DNA of 64,000 nt. Origin: Octopus sinensis. Lineage: Eukaryota. The notes beneath the pieces were generated by a model, which saw only the letters and a list, made by a program, of their open reading frames with translations, made no database searches and was not told the DNA's origin. The stretch covers positions 81,716,001 to 81,780,000 of the forward strand of contig NC_042999.1 of assembly GCF_006345805.1 (NCBI RefSeq), given 5' to 3'. Position numbers and translations under genes: made by a program. This document shows, piece after piece, positions 40,182-54,100 of the stretch (position 1 is the stretch's first letter; each line of letters opens with the position of its first letter).

Positions 40182-40794
40182 TTTTCTATGTTATATTTTT
40201 GCTTTACGTCTGGAAAAGTTGGCTCCAAGTCTCACCCAGAGACCTCAAGAGACAACAGGTTGGAAGTTCACGTTGTTGTTATGCCTAGTGTGCCATATAT
40301 TTGGTGTTGTACTAGTGAATGTCTAATAAATAGATTTTTTTTTTAAATTTGTTTTAAACCTTGGGATTACATAGAGAGTATTTTGCGTAGGATATGAGCA
40401 GTTCCCATGAGCACTATCTTTCGAATTTCTGCCATTTTGGGGTTTCCTGGTATCTGAGTTAGGTAGCAATCAGCCCCTTTTGCTATCATTCCCAGGGCAC
40501 CTATGACAACAAGTATTGTTTTAGTCTTCAAGTTCCACATTTTGCTGATTTCTATTTCAAGATCTTTATATTTGCTCAGTTTTTGGTAGGTCTTGACAGA
40601 TACGTTTATATCGATTGGGACAGTCATATCAATGAGGAGGCATATTCTTTGTCTGAAGTCTTTCAATATGATGTTTGGCCTATTTGCATCTATCTTTCTG
40701 TCAGTTTGAATAGTGAAGTTCCAGAGGAGTGAGATGTGGTCATTTTCAAGCACTGGAGGTGGATTGTGTTCCCACCAGTTTTTTTTTTTGCTCA
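40182..40794 (-). mobile_element. R4/Dong-like non-LTR retrotransposon 3' fragment (restriction-like endonuclease)
   Basis: ORF 40367-40795: WEHNPPPVLEND..LLWNFTIQTDRKIDANRPNII..LIDMTVP..KLSKYKDL..VVIGALG..AHILRKIL, the C-terminal RLE domain layout. It is followed by a 3' UTR and (TAA)n. Confidence 0.85.
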
Positions 40795-41067
<273 letters not shown>

Positions 41068-42057
41068 TCCATAGTGTTAACATTTTGCAATCCCTAATTC
41101 AATAGATCTTATGCATGAACAAACGAAGCCATTTCATCCCTATGGTAATACATACGTGGAGATTATTCTGCCAGAAAGCAATAGGTATTTGCACCAACTT
41201 CCTCTAAAATTATATTTTATCTTTCATCAGATTACTTAATATACATATGTGTAATAATAATAATATCAGTTTTACTACTAACGTAATGTATAAAGACCGT
41301 AATGCCGGTTTCAACAGCCATTATTATTATTTTCCCTGTGGCAACTGTATAGACAAAGTCTTTGACATGATGCGAACTGTAAATGCTTCGATTTTCTGGT
41401 GTGTACTTTGGTATCAATTCTACACAGCGTGACACGTGATAGAACATGTATCATAAAACTAAAATTTAATGAAATGGAACTGTATGTAAACTCAAAGAAA
41501 ACAATTATTACAATGATGAGCAGACTAGAACTAAGTTAGCTAACATGCAAACTCAATGACAATGGTTGTATATAACATTATCACATGTCAAAATCCTGTT
41601 TTCCAATGGACGAATACTTTTCAAATGCCTCAGGATGAAAGGGATGAGCAGTTGTATTGATTGAAATTAAGCAAACTATTAAGTTATGTCAACAAATAAT
41701 GTCATCTTAATGTAGTTTCATTATATACGTTCCAAAGAAAATATTATTCGCAGTGCCAACGTACTTTTGTTATTGATATGAAAGGGTTTTTTAAAGTTGG
41801 GCAAGTGTTTGGCATAATGCCAAAATCGATACCAGTGGTGTTCTTATGAAAGCAATGTCAGTGGTTTACATCTAACAACCCCTTCTTAAGATAGTCAAAT
41901 TAGTGTATTCACTTTTTCATTCCATTCTCTGCACCAAAAATTTTGTGTCTTTAATTTTTCCCGCAAATTACGACGCTAGTAAGATATTATCTCAGTAGAT
42001 CATATAAAGGAAACTTTTATGAGTATTGCAAGACTAACAATATTTGAAGCAAATATT

Positions 42058-42475
42058 TTACTCTTCCACTTTACGCACAAGGCTCGAAATTTGAGGGGAG
42101 GGGGACCAGTCGATTAGATCGACCCCAGTGCGTAACAGGTATCTAATTTATCGACCCCGAAAGGATGAAAGGTAAAGTCGACCTCGGCGGATTGGAACTC
42201 AGAACGTAACAGCAGATGAAATACCTATTTCTTTACTGCCCAAAAGTGGCTAAACATAGAGAGGACAAACAAGGACAGACAAATGGATTAAGTCGATTAT
42301 ATCGACCCCTAGTGCGTAACTGGTACTTACTTAATCGACCCCGAAAGGATGAAAGGCAAAGTCGACCTCGGCGGAATTTGAACTCAGAACGAAACTGTAG
42401 ACGAAATACCAATTTCTTTATTGCCCACAGGGGGCCAAACATAGAAATGGACAAAACAACTGATTGGGATTAGTA
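42058..42475 (-). repeat. SINE-derived tandem repeat, about 185-bp period
   Basis: gtcgacctcggcgg at 42177 and 42361; atttcttta.tgccca at 42227 and 42412. Confidence 0.8.
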
Positions 42476-42539
42476 ATGCGTTATGATTTTACATGAAATA
42501 TAAATATAAAAATTATATATAATATTTAAAAAATCGAAT

Positions 42540-44105
42540 GAAATTAACAATAGAGAGACAACACAAATGTAGCGATGATCAGACCACGCTCCGACACCAC
42601 AAGCCCCGATCTATCACTGGTACCTTTTTGGTTCTTCTTTTATAGCCTATTCACACGGTCCCTTGAATGCACAGCACTCGTGCAACATACTTCCATCACT
42701 TATTGAACATGCTCTCCGACAGGCACCTCTTCTGCAGCAACACCTTCCTTTTCAAATGAAAAGTAAAAAATGATCGTAAATCGTGGCCGGAGGTAAAGTT
42801 GCCTGCCTTAATTCCTTTTATCCTAGTCTTCTATACTGCCTCTTTCGCTATTGCTATAACCGTGAGAAACAATTCTTACCTACCTTCGTTTGCTAAAACT
42901 TCTGGTACGTCAATTTTTATAATTGACTAAGTCGATAGCCGTACTCTTCCTTCGCTGGACAACAGGTGTTCAGCATAAACCCACATTTCAGATATCTCCG
43001 AACACTGGACAATAGCGTGAAGGATGGTTTCCCTGTCTGCCCCGAATCTTTGACAGGTCGGTGATTGACGCTTACCATATCTTGCGAGCTTATCTCAAAC
43101 GGGCAAGGCACATCTGTAACATTGCCAGGTCAAGGACTCTTGGAAGTTGTCCAACGTTCTCAACCCGAATGTACGATGGAACAGGCTGACCAGTTGAATA
43201 TAATGGCGATGCTCCATCATGGCCACAGTCACTGGACTGAAACATATAAAAGAATAAAATAATACCCGAGACCTAGAGTCGCCCCAGGTCATCGTCAGAT
43301 TCAGACTCTACCAAACCACTATATAAAATTCGCATCGGAATAGCAGGAGGGCTTTACGGCACTCTTTATGCCACTCACTCGACATCGGTATACATAAACA
43401 CCAAGCTTCCTGTTTTTTTTTAACTAGGCGAACACCGAATTACCCTCCAGGAGAATCCAGAGATAACTCAACCTCAACGCGTGCCTGCACATCATTAACC
43501 AAGGCATCCCTAAACCTCCCTCTAATGGTTTTTGACAACAGACAGAGCGTTTCACAGGTGGTGGCCTGCCCTTTAACAAAAATGGAAGAGCTGTCTCTCC
43601 AACGTGATCAATCACGGATCCAGACAGGCCACAACGGTCAAGCGGTAGGTAATGACCGATGCGATTAACACATTGGCCACCCCTTCCTCCCTCTATCAGG
43701 GATAGCCAACTATTTCAGTCACCCTGCTCGAAACCTCCGTCCAGTTCTTCTCTGTCTAGAGGTCTGGTCCAAAACGGTTTCCCAGCAAGTAAACTGGTCC
43801 CTCTGCCCAGCGCCCAACAACGCTGTCTGAAGGCATCGACTTGCCAACCCAGGTGCCGAGCTGCAAGCCGACCGACTTTTCCTGGTTAAGCTTTCCTCCT
43901 GCCACCGTCTCGTAAACCTCTATAGCCTTACGTATTTAACGTAGGCGTGCTAATGTGGTTACACTGATAGTGATATCGTTCGCGTAAGCTGTGACAAACT
44001 CCTCTAAATCTGGTTCTCTCTAGATGCCACTCAACCTTCGCAGTAGAGTCTCAAAAGCCACCACATAGAAAAGTGGTGAGAGCGGACATCATTTACGAAC
44101 CGAGC
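42540..44105 (-). mobile_element. Decayed, 5'-truncated L1/Tx1-clade LINE
   Basis: Minus strand reads VRK*CPLSPLFYVVAFETLLRRL, AYANDITI, YETVAGGKLNQEKSVGLQLGTW, QKPLEGGLGMP and a C-terminal FHLKRK region. Confidence 0.8.
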
Positions 44106-46394
44106 ACCTGATGCAGAATAGTTTATAAATAGTTATGAGTATTTATGAGACGGTTTAATGGAGGATACACTCCCCAAACAATATCTGCACACTTATGCTA
44201 ATGTTAGAAGAGAGATATATTCTGGAGACATTTCATATGATACTGTGTGTATGACTCATTAGTGTAAATTTAGAGCTGGTTAGATTGATGTTTTGAGGAA
44301 TTTGATATTTTGACAAAAAAACTAGAGGAAAAGAAACACAAAATCAAATGAAGAAATATTTAAGCAACTTGTAAGAAGGCTTCGACAACAGCTTTTATGC
44401 TCATTTACGCATGAGCTTCAATAACATAATTCCTCCGCAGCTGGAAACGAAATCAGAGGCACAGTTTCTGCATGGTGCTTCAGTGAGAGGATGCAAAAAC
44501 CAAACGTTGATTAACTATCTTAAACATAAAAATTTCTATTGTTAACATGCTGAAATCAAATTTATAATCAAGAAATTTACGATCATGATCATTCAAAATA
44601 TTGGCTCAGATATGCAGTATATGGATGTACGGCGAAATTGAAAACTAATATATACATTTGTATTTGTACTTGGCGAACTTAATGTTGCTAAAATATAAAC
44701 AGTCTATGTCGGTTTCTGTCTATCATATATTCTCTTTCAACTTGACACTCATAAATACGTATCTTATTTAGTTACATCACATTTAATTGTCATTATACAA
44801 GTCATAGAACATCTACGTAACTTTTTATTAATATTATGAATAGTATTTTACCATAATAACCGTTAAATAGATTGTCAAAGCGACTGTACACTTGTTAATG
44901 GTAGGCGCAACTTCACTTTCAGTATTATTCACACGACAACTAAAGTCTCGAATATAATGCAGTATAAATTAATTGGGGAGCATGTGTAAAGCAAGATCTT
45001 CCCAGATTCAAATGGTACGTTAATTGTCCAATTGTGCGAAGAGCAATATGTCCGGTTTGATGTTCGACAAACGCTAGTAGACTTTAAAGCCATGCTCAAG
45101 TCATGCTGTGAATCTCAGCAGAAAAGTCATTGTATTTTTAAAAGCTGACAATCAACCTAATATGCAATTTCTGTTGTATCTTTGTGCTTGAAGATCCTGA
45201 TATCATGTTTCAATAATTTGCTGCTCCATATCAAACGGCATATGCCTGCATTAGGTTGGTAGATGTCTGTTGCAAATTACGACTAACTGGGAAGATATAT
45301 TACCTTCTTAGCCAAGAAAAAATGGGGTCGCTGAGGAAAGTTGCATCAGCGAAAAATTTGACTAAGCTATTATATATTAGTCTGGTGTTTGTGACATGTT
45401 CGCTTTCTACAAGTTCTAATGCTATACAACACGAGAGAATTCATAAAAATTTTGGAATCATTCGTAAATTTTATCCACTCCGATCAAGCTAATGAAGTTT
45501 ATGCAGTTAACCATTGATGACTGCCGGATACAGTCCACTCAGCGCGTATTCAGTAGTTTGATTACTTCAATACTGAGTGGCAATCTCTCAGCGCTGTTGC
45601 ACGTAGCTGTCTCAGTAGATGATCTTGAACCGAAAGCTCGATCTGCCAAGTGAATCTTATATGTTAGTTCGTTATAGCACCTTGACTATTACTGCAGAAG
45701 CTATAGATAGTGAGTTACATCTCACTGAAAGCAAGGTCGAAAGATACGTAGAGTTATACGGCATCACTAAAGTACTGTTGTTGGTACACATACTGAGATG
45801 GTGCACATGCTTAGGAAAGTGATCTGGGAACAGAAATGAGTATTAAGAAATTCTTTGATTTTGCAACTTATCATCTAGAGGGAGACATCTATGCTGGCCT
45901 CTAAGAGTCGTTAGGATACTTTCCTTTGATGCAGTCATACATACAAGTGGATAAGAACTGCGCAAATGTTACAAACTGCATATCTAATTTCATTGGGAAA
46001 TAGAATGAGACAGATGTATGCGTGAGAGATCGGGTTGGGACAATAGATATATATGTTGCGCTCATAATTTTATATACGCTCTTCATGGTTTAACTCAATG
46101 TTCATAATATTGTTAGCCCAGAGCATATCTACTTCTGCTTTCCCTGTAAAAGAATGGCTTTCTGCTAATCAGAAGTTTCAATTCACTCCAGTGCCATTTG
46201 CACAGAGGTTGAGTATGTCGTGAATGAAGATGCTGGAACTTTCACTAGGTTTGGACTAGGATAAGATTCATAGAATGTGAGAATCTGATTTTTTGCCGAG
46301 GAACTTTATCCTTGGTGGGATTTCAACTCAGAACGTAAATATTCGGAAGAGATATGGAGAGACATATCCTTCAATACTATGACGATTCTTTCAA

Positions 46395-46800
46395 TCCACC
46401 GCACATCAAAATATAGGTTTTATAAAAGGAAACATTCATTTCACAATAACGTTTCATTTCATAAATATACATACATTTTTCAACAGGATCTCCTCGATTT
46501 TAAATGTACTTCTTCCAGTGGTCCATAAGCTCGTTTATTCCATCGGAGAAGAGAGTTTTCAGTTACCAGCGCTGCCATTTATGTACCATTCCTGCACTTT
46601 TTCCTCCGTAGCAAACAGACCTTGTAACTGATGTCTGGTGTGAGGCGAGATCTTGACTGTATACAGCGTGACCCAGGAACTCAGAATCCACATTTTTAAT
46701 GATTACCACAACGCAGGCGGTCGCATGTTAACGTGCATTTTTGAGCAACAATAACATTTGATTGACAACAGACCTCATTGTCCGGCTAATTGAAAACATC
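46395..46800 (-). mobile_element. Mariner transposase C-terminal remnant
   Basis: Minus strand reads FATEEKVQEW and FSDGINELMDHWKKYI*NRGDPVEK. Confidence 0.7.
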
Positions 46801-47499
46801 TCGATCCTCACATACACATTTCTACGCGGTCGAGCGTTGTCCCTGTAATGTACTTAAAGTCTGCGATGTTCCGATTTCCCTGGTCTAACAGTGTATCACT
46901 GACACACCTATGAGCCAGAGAAATCAGAATATTTATTTTTGTTTTCCGTGGTCACGATGCCGCTGAGAGGCAGTGCATACTTTGTAACACCCCCCCCCCC
47001 AAGAATACGAGGGCGATCAAGCTCAAAACCCGGTTAGATAACCACAAGAGTACCACCTTATAGCAAGCGAGCGCTGAAGGTAACCTAAAGAAAACGTCGG
47101 AGAAATTTCCGATAGGCTATGCCTTGCCGTTGAATTAATGAATGCTATATCTGAAGGCGACCCTGTGTAATCGCAAGCGCTAATATGAGTGGATGTATGT
47201 TTTTAGGCATACATAGAAGCCTGCTTCTATATAACTTTATGTATATAATGAATGAGTGCGTGTATGTGTGGGACTGTTTATGTAGGTATAAATATATATG
47301 CATGTATGTGTGTGTGTACGTGTGTAGAAAGGAAGTTAGCTTCGAGCAATCCGTTGTGAATATTAAAAAGAATCTTTCAGGAACACTTGTGGTTTATTGA
47401 CATTGAAGGTTGCGGATTTTTTCTTTTATCGAAGAACGATGAGATGAGAAAAAAATTATTTTCATATTTCTCAGTAGGTAACCAATACAAAAACGAATA

Positions 47500-47730
47500 C
47501 AAGAGTTGCGTAATGGAGTGCGGGAAATCCGGGCTACACGTTTCTTAGCGAGAGTCTCAGAAGTGAAAAAAATTCAAGTGATGAGTATACCGCTGGCTAC
47601 TCTTCAAGATATGCTTCACCTGAAGAATAACCGGCGGTTTACACTTCATTGGATTTTATCACTTCTGAGGTTCCGCTAGCTATGAAACTTATGTAGCCCG
47701 GAATTTCCATACTCCATTCCGTAAATCTTG
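47500..47730. mobile_element. Fully palindromic MITE-like element
   Basis: The left half caagagttgcgtaatggagt...ctactcttca aligns along its length with the reverse complement of the right half tgaagaataacc...ccattccgtaaatcttg. Confidence 0.7.
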
Positions 47731-47991
47731 CATATATATATACAGACGGTTGATTTCTGTAGTTATTAACAGTGTATTCTGGCGATTTAAATAAGAGTGT
47801 TGACAGTTATTTCCAGCAGGTATACATAGTAAGTCCTTTGATTAATTTTAACGTTTTGGGGGGCCTGCAACTGCCTACATTATTGATTCTGTTATTATCA
47901 TTTTTAATTGTTACACTAGATAATAATAGAGCCAATATCTCCGGATATATTTTTCTCCTGAATTATTTGCTTCGTATATATATATATATAT

Positions 47992-48272
47992 ATGGCGGTG
48001 GAAAGACACCCTTCGGTCCTGAATGACCATGAGATTGCACCTAGAAAGTTACTCTCCGAGGTACAAGTCCGGACAAGGTTGTCTTTGGAAGGCCAGTAGT
48101 CGCCCATGCATACCAGCCTCCACACCCCACAGCACTGATGTTATCCAAGGGGAAGGCAGTGGCCGATACAGCTTGGCACCAGTGATGTCGTAACTCATTT
48201 CTACAGCTGAGTTAAATGGAGCAACGTGAAATACAGTATCTAGCTGAAGAACACAACATGCAGCCCGGTCTG
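47992..48272 (-). mobile_element. SINE (central domain shared with 20366 copy, different tail)
   Basis: Minus strand tatttcacgttgctccatttaactcagctg resembles 20460-20490 (tatttcaagttgctccagtcaactcagctg). Confidence 0.7.
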
Positions 48273-48282
48273 CATATATATG

Positions 48283-48329
<47 letters not shown>

Positions 48330-48344
48330 GTGTGTATGCATATG

Positions 48345-48379
<35 letters not shown>

Positions 48380-49031
48380 ATGTGTGTGTGTGTGTGTGTG
48401 TGAACAAATTTACGTATATACGTGTGATGTGCTTGTGGTTATACATACATACACACATGCATATATTTGTATGTCTGTATGAGTGCATGTATTCATGGGC
48501 AAACTCTAGATTTTTTCTGCTCATTCGATCGTTTTACTTTATTTCAGCATTAGTATTAATTCATACCTAAAAATAAGCTCCTATTCATTACTATGGCTTT
48601 TCTTTTTTCACACTATAACTGGCAACAGTCTTATCCGGGAAATATGCATTGCATAATGAGCATTTTACAGTATATATTAACACGAGACTTTCGAAAACTA
48701 CACAATCCGTTTTTCTTCTATGTAGGGACATAACGAAGGAAAGACACTCCATAGTTAATGTTATACATACACAGATCCACTTCCATTGTATCTACCTGAA
48801 TGTACTTCTTTCCCACCTCTCACTCCTTCTCCTCTCCCTCTGTTTCTGTGTATGTTTATATATAATGCATATTCGTAAATACGTTTATGTATGTATATGT
48901 ATATATGTAGGTATATGCACATATATATATATGTGTGTGTGTGTGTATACATATATATGCGTATTTATATATATATAAGTATATATATATACACACACAT
49001 ACAAGCATATATATATATATGCATGTGTGTG

Positions 49032-49062
<31 letters not shown>

Positions 49063-50263
49063 ATGTGTATGTATATATATATGTATGTATGTATGTGTAT
49101 ATACATATATAAGGACGAATTCATGCATACGCATCACAAGATACAAATTCTGTTTGACTGTATCACTTTAATCATTATCGTTTCCTGACGTCATTGTCTC
49201 ACTATATTATTTTTAACTTCTGATAATCCCCCCTTCCCACACGCCACTCTCCCACTAACCCCCTTTCTACTGATTTTTCAATACCGTATATTCCTACGGA
49301 TTCACACAATACTCAATTTCTCTCTTTTGTTTTCCACACCTTCGCTTCTTCATAACTATTTTTATTCCTCTTACTCTCCCTTGCCTGTACTATCTTTATA
49401 TTTATCGCTATTGCAATCTGTATGATTCTGCCTTTCTCTGTTTCAATCACATTTCCCTTTATCAAACTCTCTTTTGCACTCTACTTCGCCGATCTGTGGC
49501 ATCATTTCATACCATGCTGATTGTGAAGTGCATAGAGGAAAGTCAGCTAATTAAGAACCGTTAGTTAATTACATTTTCAGCAGTCATTCGACCACATGAT
49601 TGAAACACCCATCGTCTCCAACATAAATCTTAGTCACAAAACTCACACACACTTGTACGCGTGCACGGATACACACGCAAAGACGCACATTGATACACAA
49701 GGTTTATGCATAAAAACACATACACACATAATCATGCATGCTCATTCATCCGTTCAACCATCCATACACAATCACACACAGAGTGACATTATTGGTATGT
49801 ATGTATGAATGTATGAATGTGTGTATGATTGTATGTGTGTATGTATATGTATATATGTATATATGTACGTATGTATGTATGTGTGAATGAATAAATGAAT
49901 GTATGAGCTGTTCACTGTTCGAGAGAATGCTAATCACCAGCGGCTCGTTGTTCCGTTCACCGGGTCGATTGACAAAGATAACTGTAATAAGATAAGAATG
50001 ATGAAGATGATGATGTTGATGATGATGATGATGAAGAATGATGAGCAGGTGGAGGAGGAAAAGGAGGACGGCAACAACTATGATGTACGATGGTGGTCAT
50101 GGTTTAACAACGACAATAAAGATCGACGTTACAAAAACAACTACAGACGCATCAACAATAACAATAACAACATCATGGCGGACAACAACTGCAGCAGCTG
50201 CAGCAAGTATAACGGTAATGATGCTACTAACAATATTAATAATTAGAACAGCAATTGCTGCAA

Positions 50264-50322
<59 letters not shown>

Positions 50323-50328
50323 AATGAC

Positions 50329-50389
<61 letters not shown>

Positions 50390-50475
50390 GTGGTGATGAT
50401 GATGGTGATGGTGATGGTGACGATGATGGTGTTGATGATGATGATGATGATGATGACGATGATGATGATGATGAC

Positions 50476-50549
<74 letters not shown>

Positions 50550-50575
50550 CGACGACGACGACGATGATGGTGATG
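50264..50575. repeat. (GAT)n array
   Basis: Direct reading. It is the source of the poly-D/M/H/I ORFs. Confidence 0.97.
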
Positions 50576-51054
50576 AAACCGCAGAGATTGGCGGAATCGG
50601 AGATTAGCAAAATCCTCTATGATTTCCCAAACCAAACAGATCAGATTATAGAGTATAACAGACTGGAACTAGCGGTGGAAAAAGTACACCACATATGGTA
50701 TATAGGTGATGTTGTAGGCCCCTGTGACCCACGAATAGTTAAGAAGGAAAGCGAAAATATAGATACTACCCTTTTAATTACTCAGTAGCCCGGTTATGGA
50801 AAATGAAGAAGGTGAATATAGTGCCAGTTATTGTTGGGTCCCTGGGAACAGTATCAAAAGGCATCAAGAGGAATATAAAAGAAATTTGAATAGAATGCTC
50901 AGCGGCACTCTTAAAAAAGGGTTGCCTTCTTGGACAACATAATCAGGAAAGTATTAGATGAAAAGAACGAATAGCATGATACCATTGGCTGCAGGTAGAA
51001 AACTCGTCACAGATCCAAGTCTCCAGGAGCTCCAATCGCACCTGTGATAAACAA

Positions 51055-51055
<1 letters not shown>
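50575..51055 (+). mobile_element. Second R4/Dong-like 3' fragment (RLE domain, decayed)
   Basis: KILYDFPNQTDQIIEYNRLEL..DVVGPCDPRIVKKESE, VARLWKMKKVNIVPVIVGSLGTVSKG, IRKVLD, then a 3' UTR abutting (TAA)n at 51056-51218. Confidence 0.78.
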
Positions 51056-51085
<30 letters not shown>

Positions 51086-51106
51086 TAATAATAATAATAA
51101 TAATAA

Positions 51107-51196
<90 letters not shown>

Positions 51197-54100
51197 TAAT
51201 AATAATAATAATAATAATAGGGAACTATTATTATTATTAAACATTGAAATGATCTGTTATGAATGCATAAATAATTCGTTTTAAACATTTTTAAAGAAAA
51301 AATTCAGAATGTCAACATTTTTGTCATTGGACAACATTAAACATATGAAATATGAACCCAATAAATATCAAGAAGGAATATGCTTAAAATACAATAATAC
51401 ATTTACGGAAGTGTGATTAAGATGTTCAGTTTGCAACTGCACTGTTTCTGGTTTAGTTTTGTAGTGCAATATTCTAGGTACATAGCTTCTACTACACCCC
51501 AAGTTAACCAATCACATGAGTGATTTTGTAGTGTAAAACTATGGAATACATTTATATGTGTGTGTGAGTAAATGAATGTGCATATGTGCATTTGTTAGTG
51601 TGGGTGTGTTTATCTTGTGCTTTTTTTTCTTTTATCAGCTATCAACCGCTGTTAGTTTGTATACATCAGTGTGATTTATTTGTGCAGCAAAACAGATCGA
51701 TAAAATAAGACCTCAAAGGAAAGTTAACACTGATGTTCTAATAAAGAGATGCAGACTCTTTTGTGTATGCTTTTATATATCTGTAGTGATTATTTATAGA
51801 AGTTTATGTAAGATGCTTTTGTAATAATACTCGTGATGGATTTGTATGTGACTAGGTGTTTTATATATACCTACAGCGTTTTACAATTCTTGGCTGAGAC
51901 TTCATTGTTTGGAGCATGTTATATCAACAAAATGGTACATTTTGATTATTGTTATTATTAGTGGGTGAGCTTGCAAAATCGTTATCCAGACGTATAAAAT
52001 GTGCAGCAGCCTTTCTTTTGACTTTTGTGTTTTGAATTGAAATCCCGTTTTCATCTTTTGTGGTTTGTGAAATTAGTACGTATCAAAGACAGGGGTCAAT
52101 GTAATTGACTTTTAAAGCTGCTGATTTCGTGCCAAAATTGCGTTTGCTTTTGTAATTGCCAATCTATTTTCCATCCTGATCCAATGAATCCCAACCGCAA
52201 TTATCCTTCAAATTAAATAAATTTTAAGGACACATATATTGTTGGCAACGACTGACAACAGCAAAGAACTGATTACTGTGTTTGAGTACTTTATAATACA
52301 GGTCTATTCAATACGCGGTAAATGGGGGATAAAAAACAGTAACAATCAGCAAATGCAAAGCAATCGAACTCGAACAATATAGAGTAAAGACATATTTATC
52401 ATGAAAGCAATAAGAATTTAGAGCAGAATGTACAAAGGCAAACGTGAATTGGCTGAAAATCTTGTTACAGTGATTTTATGAAAACGACGTTATTAGATTT
52501 AGTTTTCAAAAAGGATCCGTAGACTGAATCCAGTTTATATGTTGGCATACATACAAGAATATATCAGATGATGGACAGAAATCAAAATGATAGCAATATG
52601 TACGTGAATAATGGGCCTTTCTCGCTGGGATCTAAGATTAGTATAATAGATTATATTAATCTTAGCATTTTGCTGGTAATTGTTTCATGTATCTCCGAAG
52701 TACAAAAAACTTAATCGTACTTCGTGACATGTAAACTCCTGTCGATTAAGACAGATAAAAATCCTGGACCGCATTTTGACTGTCACTCTACCAATTCCGC
52801 TTAATCTACAACACTTCTAGCGTCTCTAACGATGGTGCCAAAAATCTGAAACAAATGTATCTTATTAAAAACAACGCATGTTTTGTTGGTTACTCTTATT
52901 GAACATTTTGTACTAATAATAACTGTAATAGAAATACAAAAGTACATAAATCAATGTAGAAAGGTTATATAGTTAGTAGTTTGCTTTGCAACAAGTTGAA
53001 GCTTAATCTCGAAGTGCGAAGTCTTGAGTCATGTGTTCTACGTTCTATCACAATCTCTCATTAAATTCAAGTGTTTGAAGTTTAGCGGACCTATACAGTT
53101 CTGTTATTGGATGATATGGTCAATCCATCACCCAGTTTAACAATACATCATGTTCATATGTGGCTTGCGCGGATTCCATTCTATTGCATGTTTCCAGGAC
53201 TGATTACTGGTTTGAGTGTAATTTCTTTCTTCCTCAGTCATCAAATTTTGATAGAAAGCTTTCAACACGATGTCAAATATTACAGGATCACTAGCGCAAA
53301 ATACTTGAGTTACGATGGAAGTAATGCATGCACATAGAAAGCAGTAACAACTAGATAGAAAAGGTGGGCGTCACCAGAGAGATTAGATTAAAACAAAGTG
53401 AAACGATAGAATATTATAACAATAATAGCCATTTTAAATCGACTGATTGTCAAAACCACTTATGAAATACATTGCCGCAGGAATAAAAACTAAAAAGCTT
53501 ATAGATAAAAAAAGTGAAATTATTAATTCCAATTTATTTGTAGCTTGTTTGACAGAGATTTACTAAGAGTAAACCAGAAATATTTCAAGCGACACTGAAA
53601 AAAACAAAAGAAAAAACGTTTATGTACTAGAACTTTCAAATATACAAAATTATTTCTAAAAGATGCAATGCTTTATTTGGGAGTTCATGCCGCATTCAAA
53701 GGAGGAAGCAATTCTTAAACCAAATTCCACAAGAAATATTAATTACACAAGTCACACCAAACTGGTTCTTAGGTGGGTAAATGATAATAAGAAGCTGTGT
53801 ACGTAAATAATTCTCTTATCCACCTTATACTCGTCTTGAGGATGCTGACAAGGTGCATGAATATCTGAAAATTGGAATGACATGTCAGATGGGATACAGT
53901 TTGATACACCGTCATACTTGGCAGAGAAGCTCAATTATTTATAGGTAAACTCCGTAGTGGGATTGTAAAAGAGAACTGTATGGAAGTTCGATGAAAATCA
54001 GAGACATTGTATATAATATTTTGCACTATGACTTGATAGTTCGAGTATTTAAAGGCGTAAATTGTTGTAACATTGTAGAGCAGATATACTGATAGCGGTT

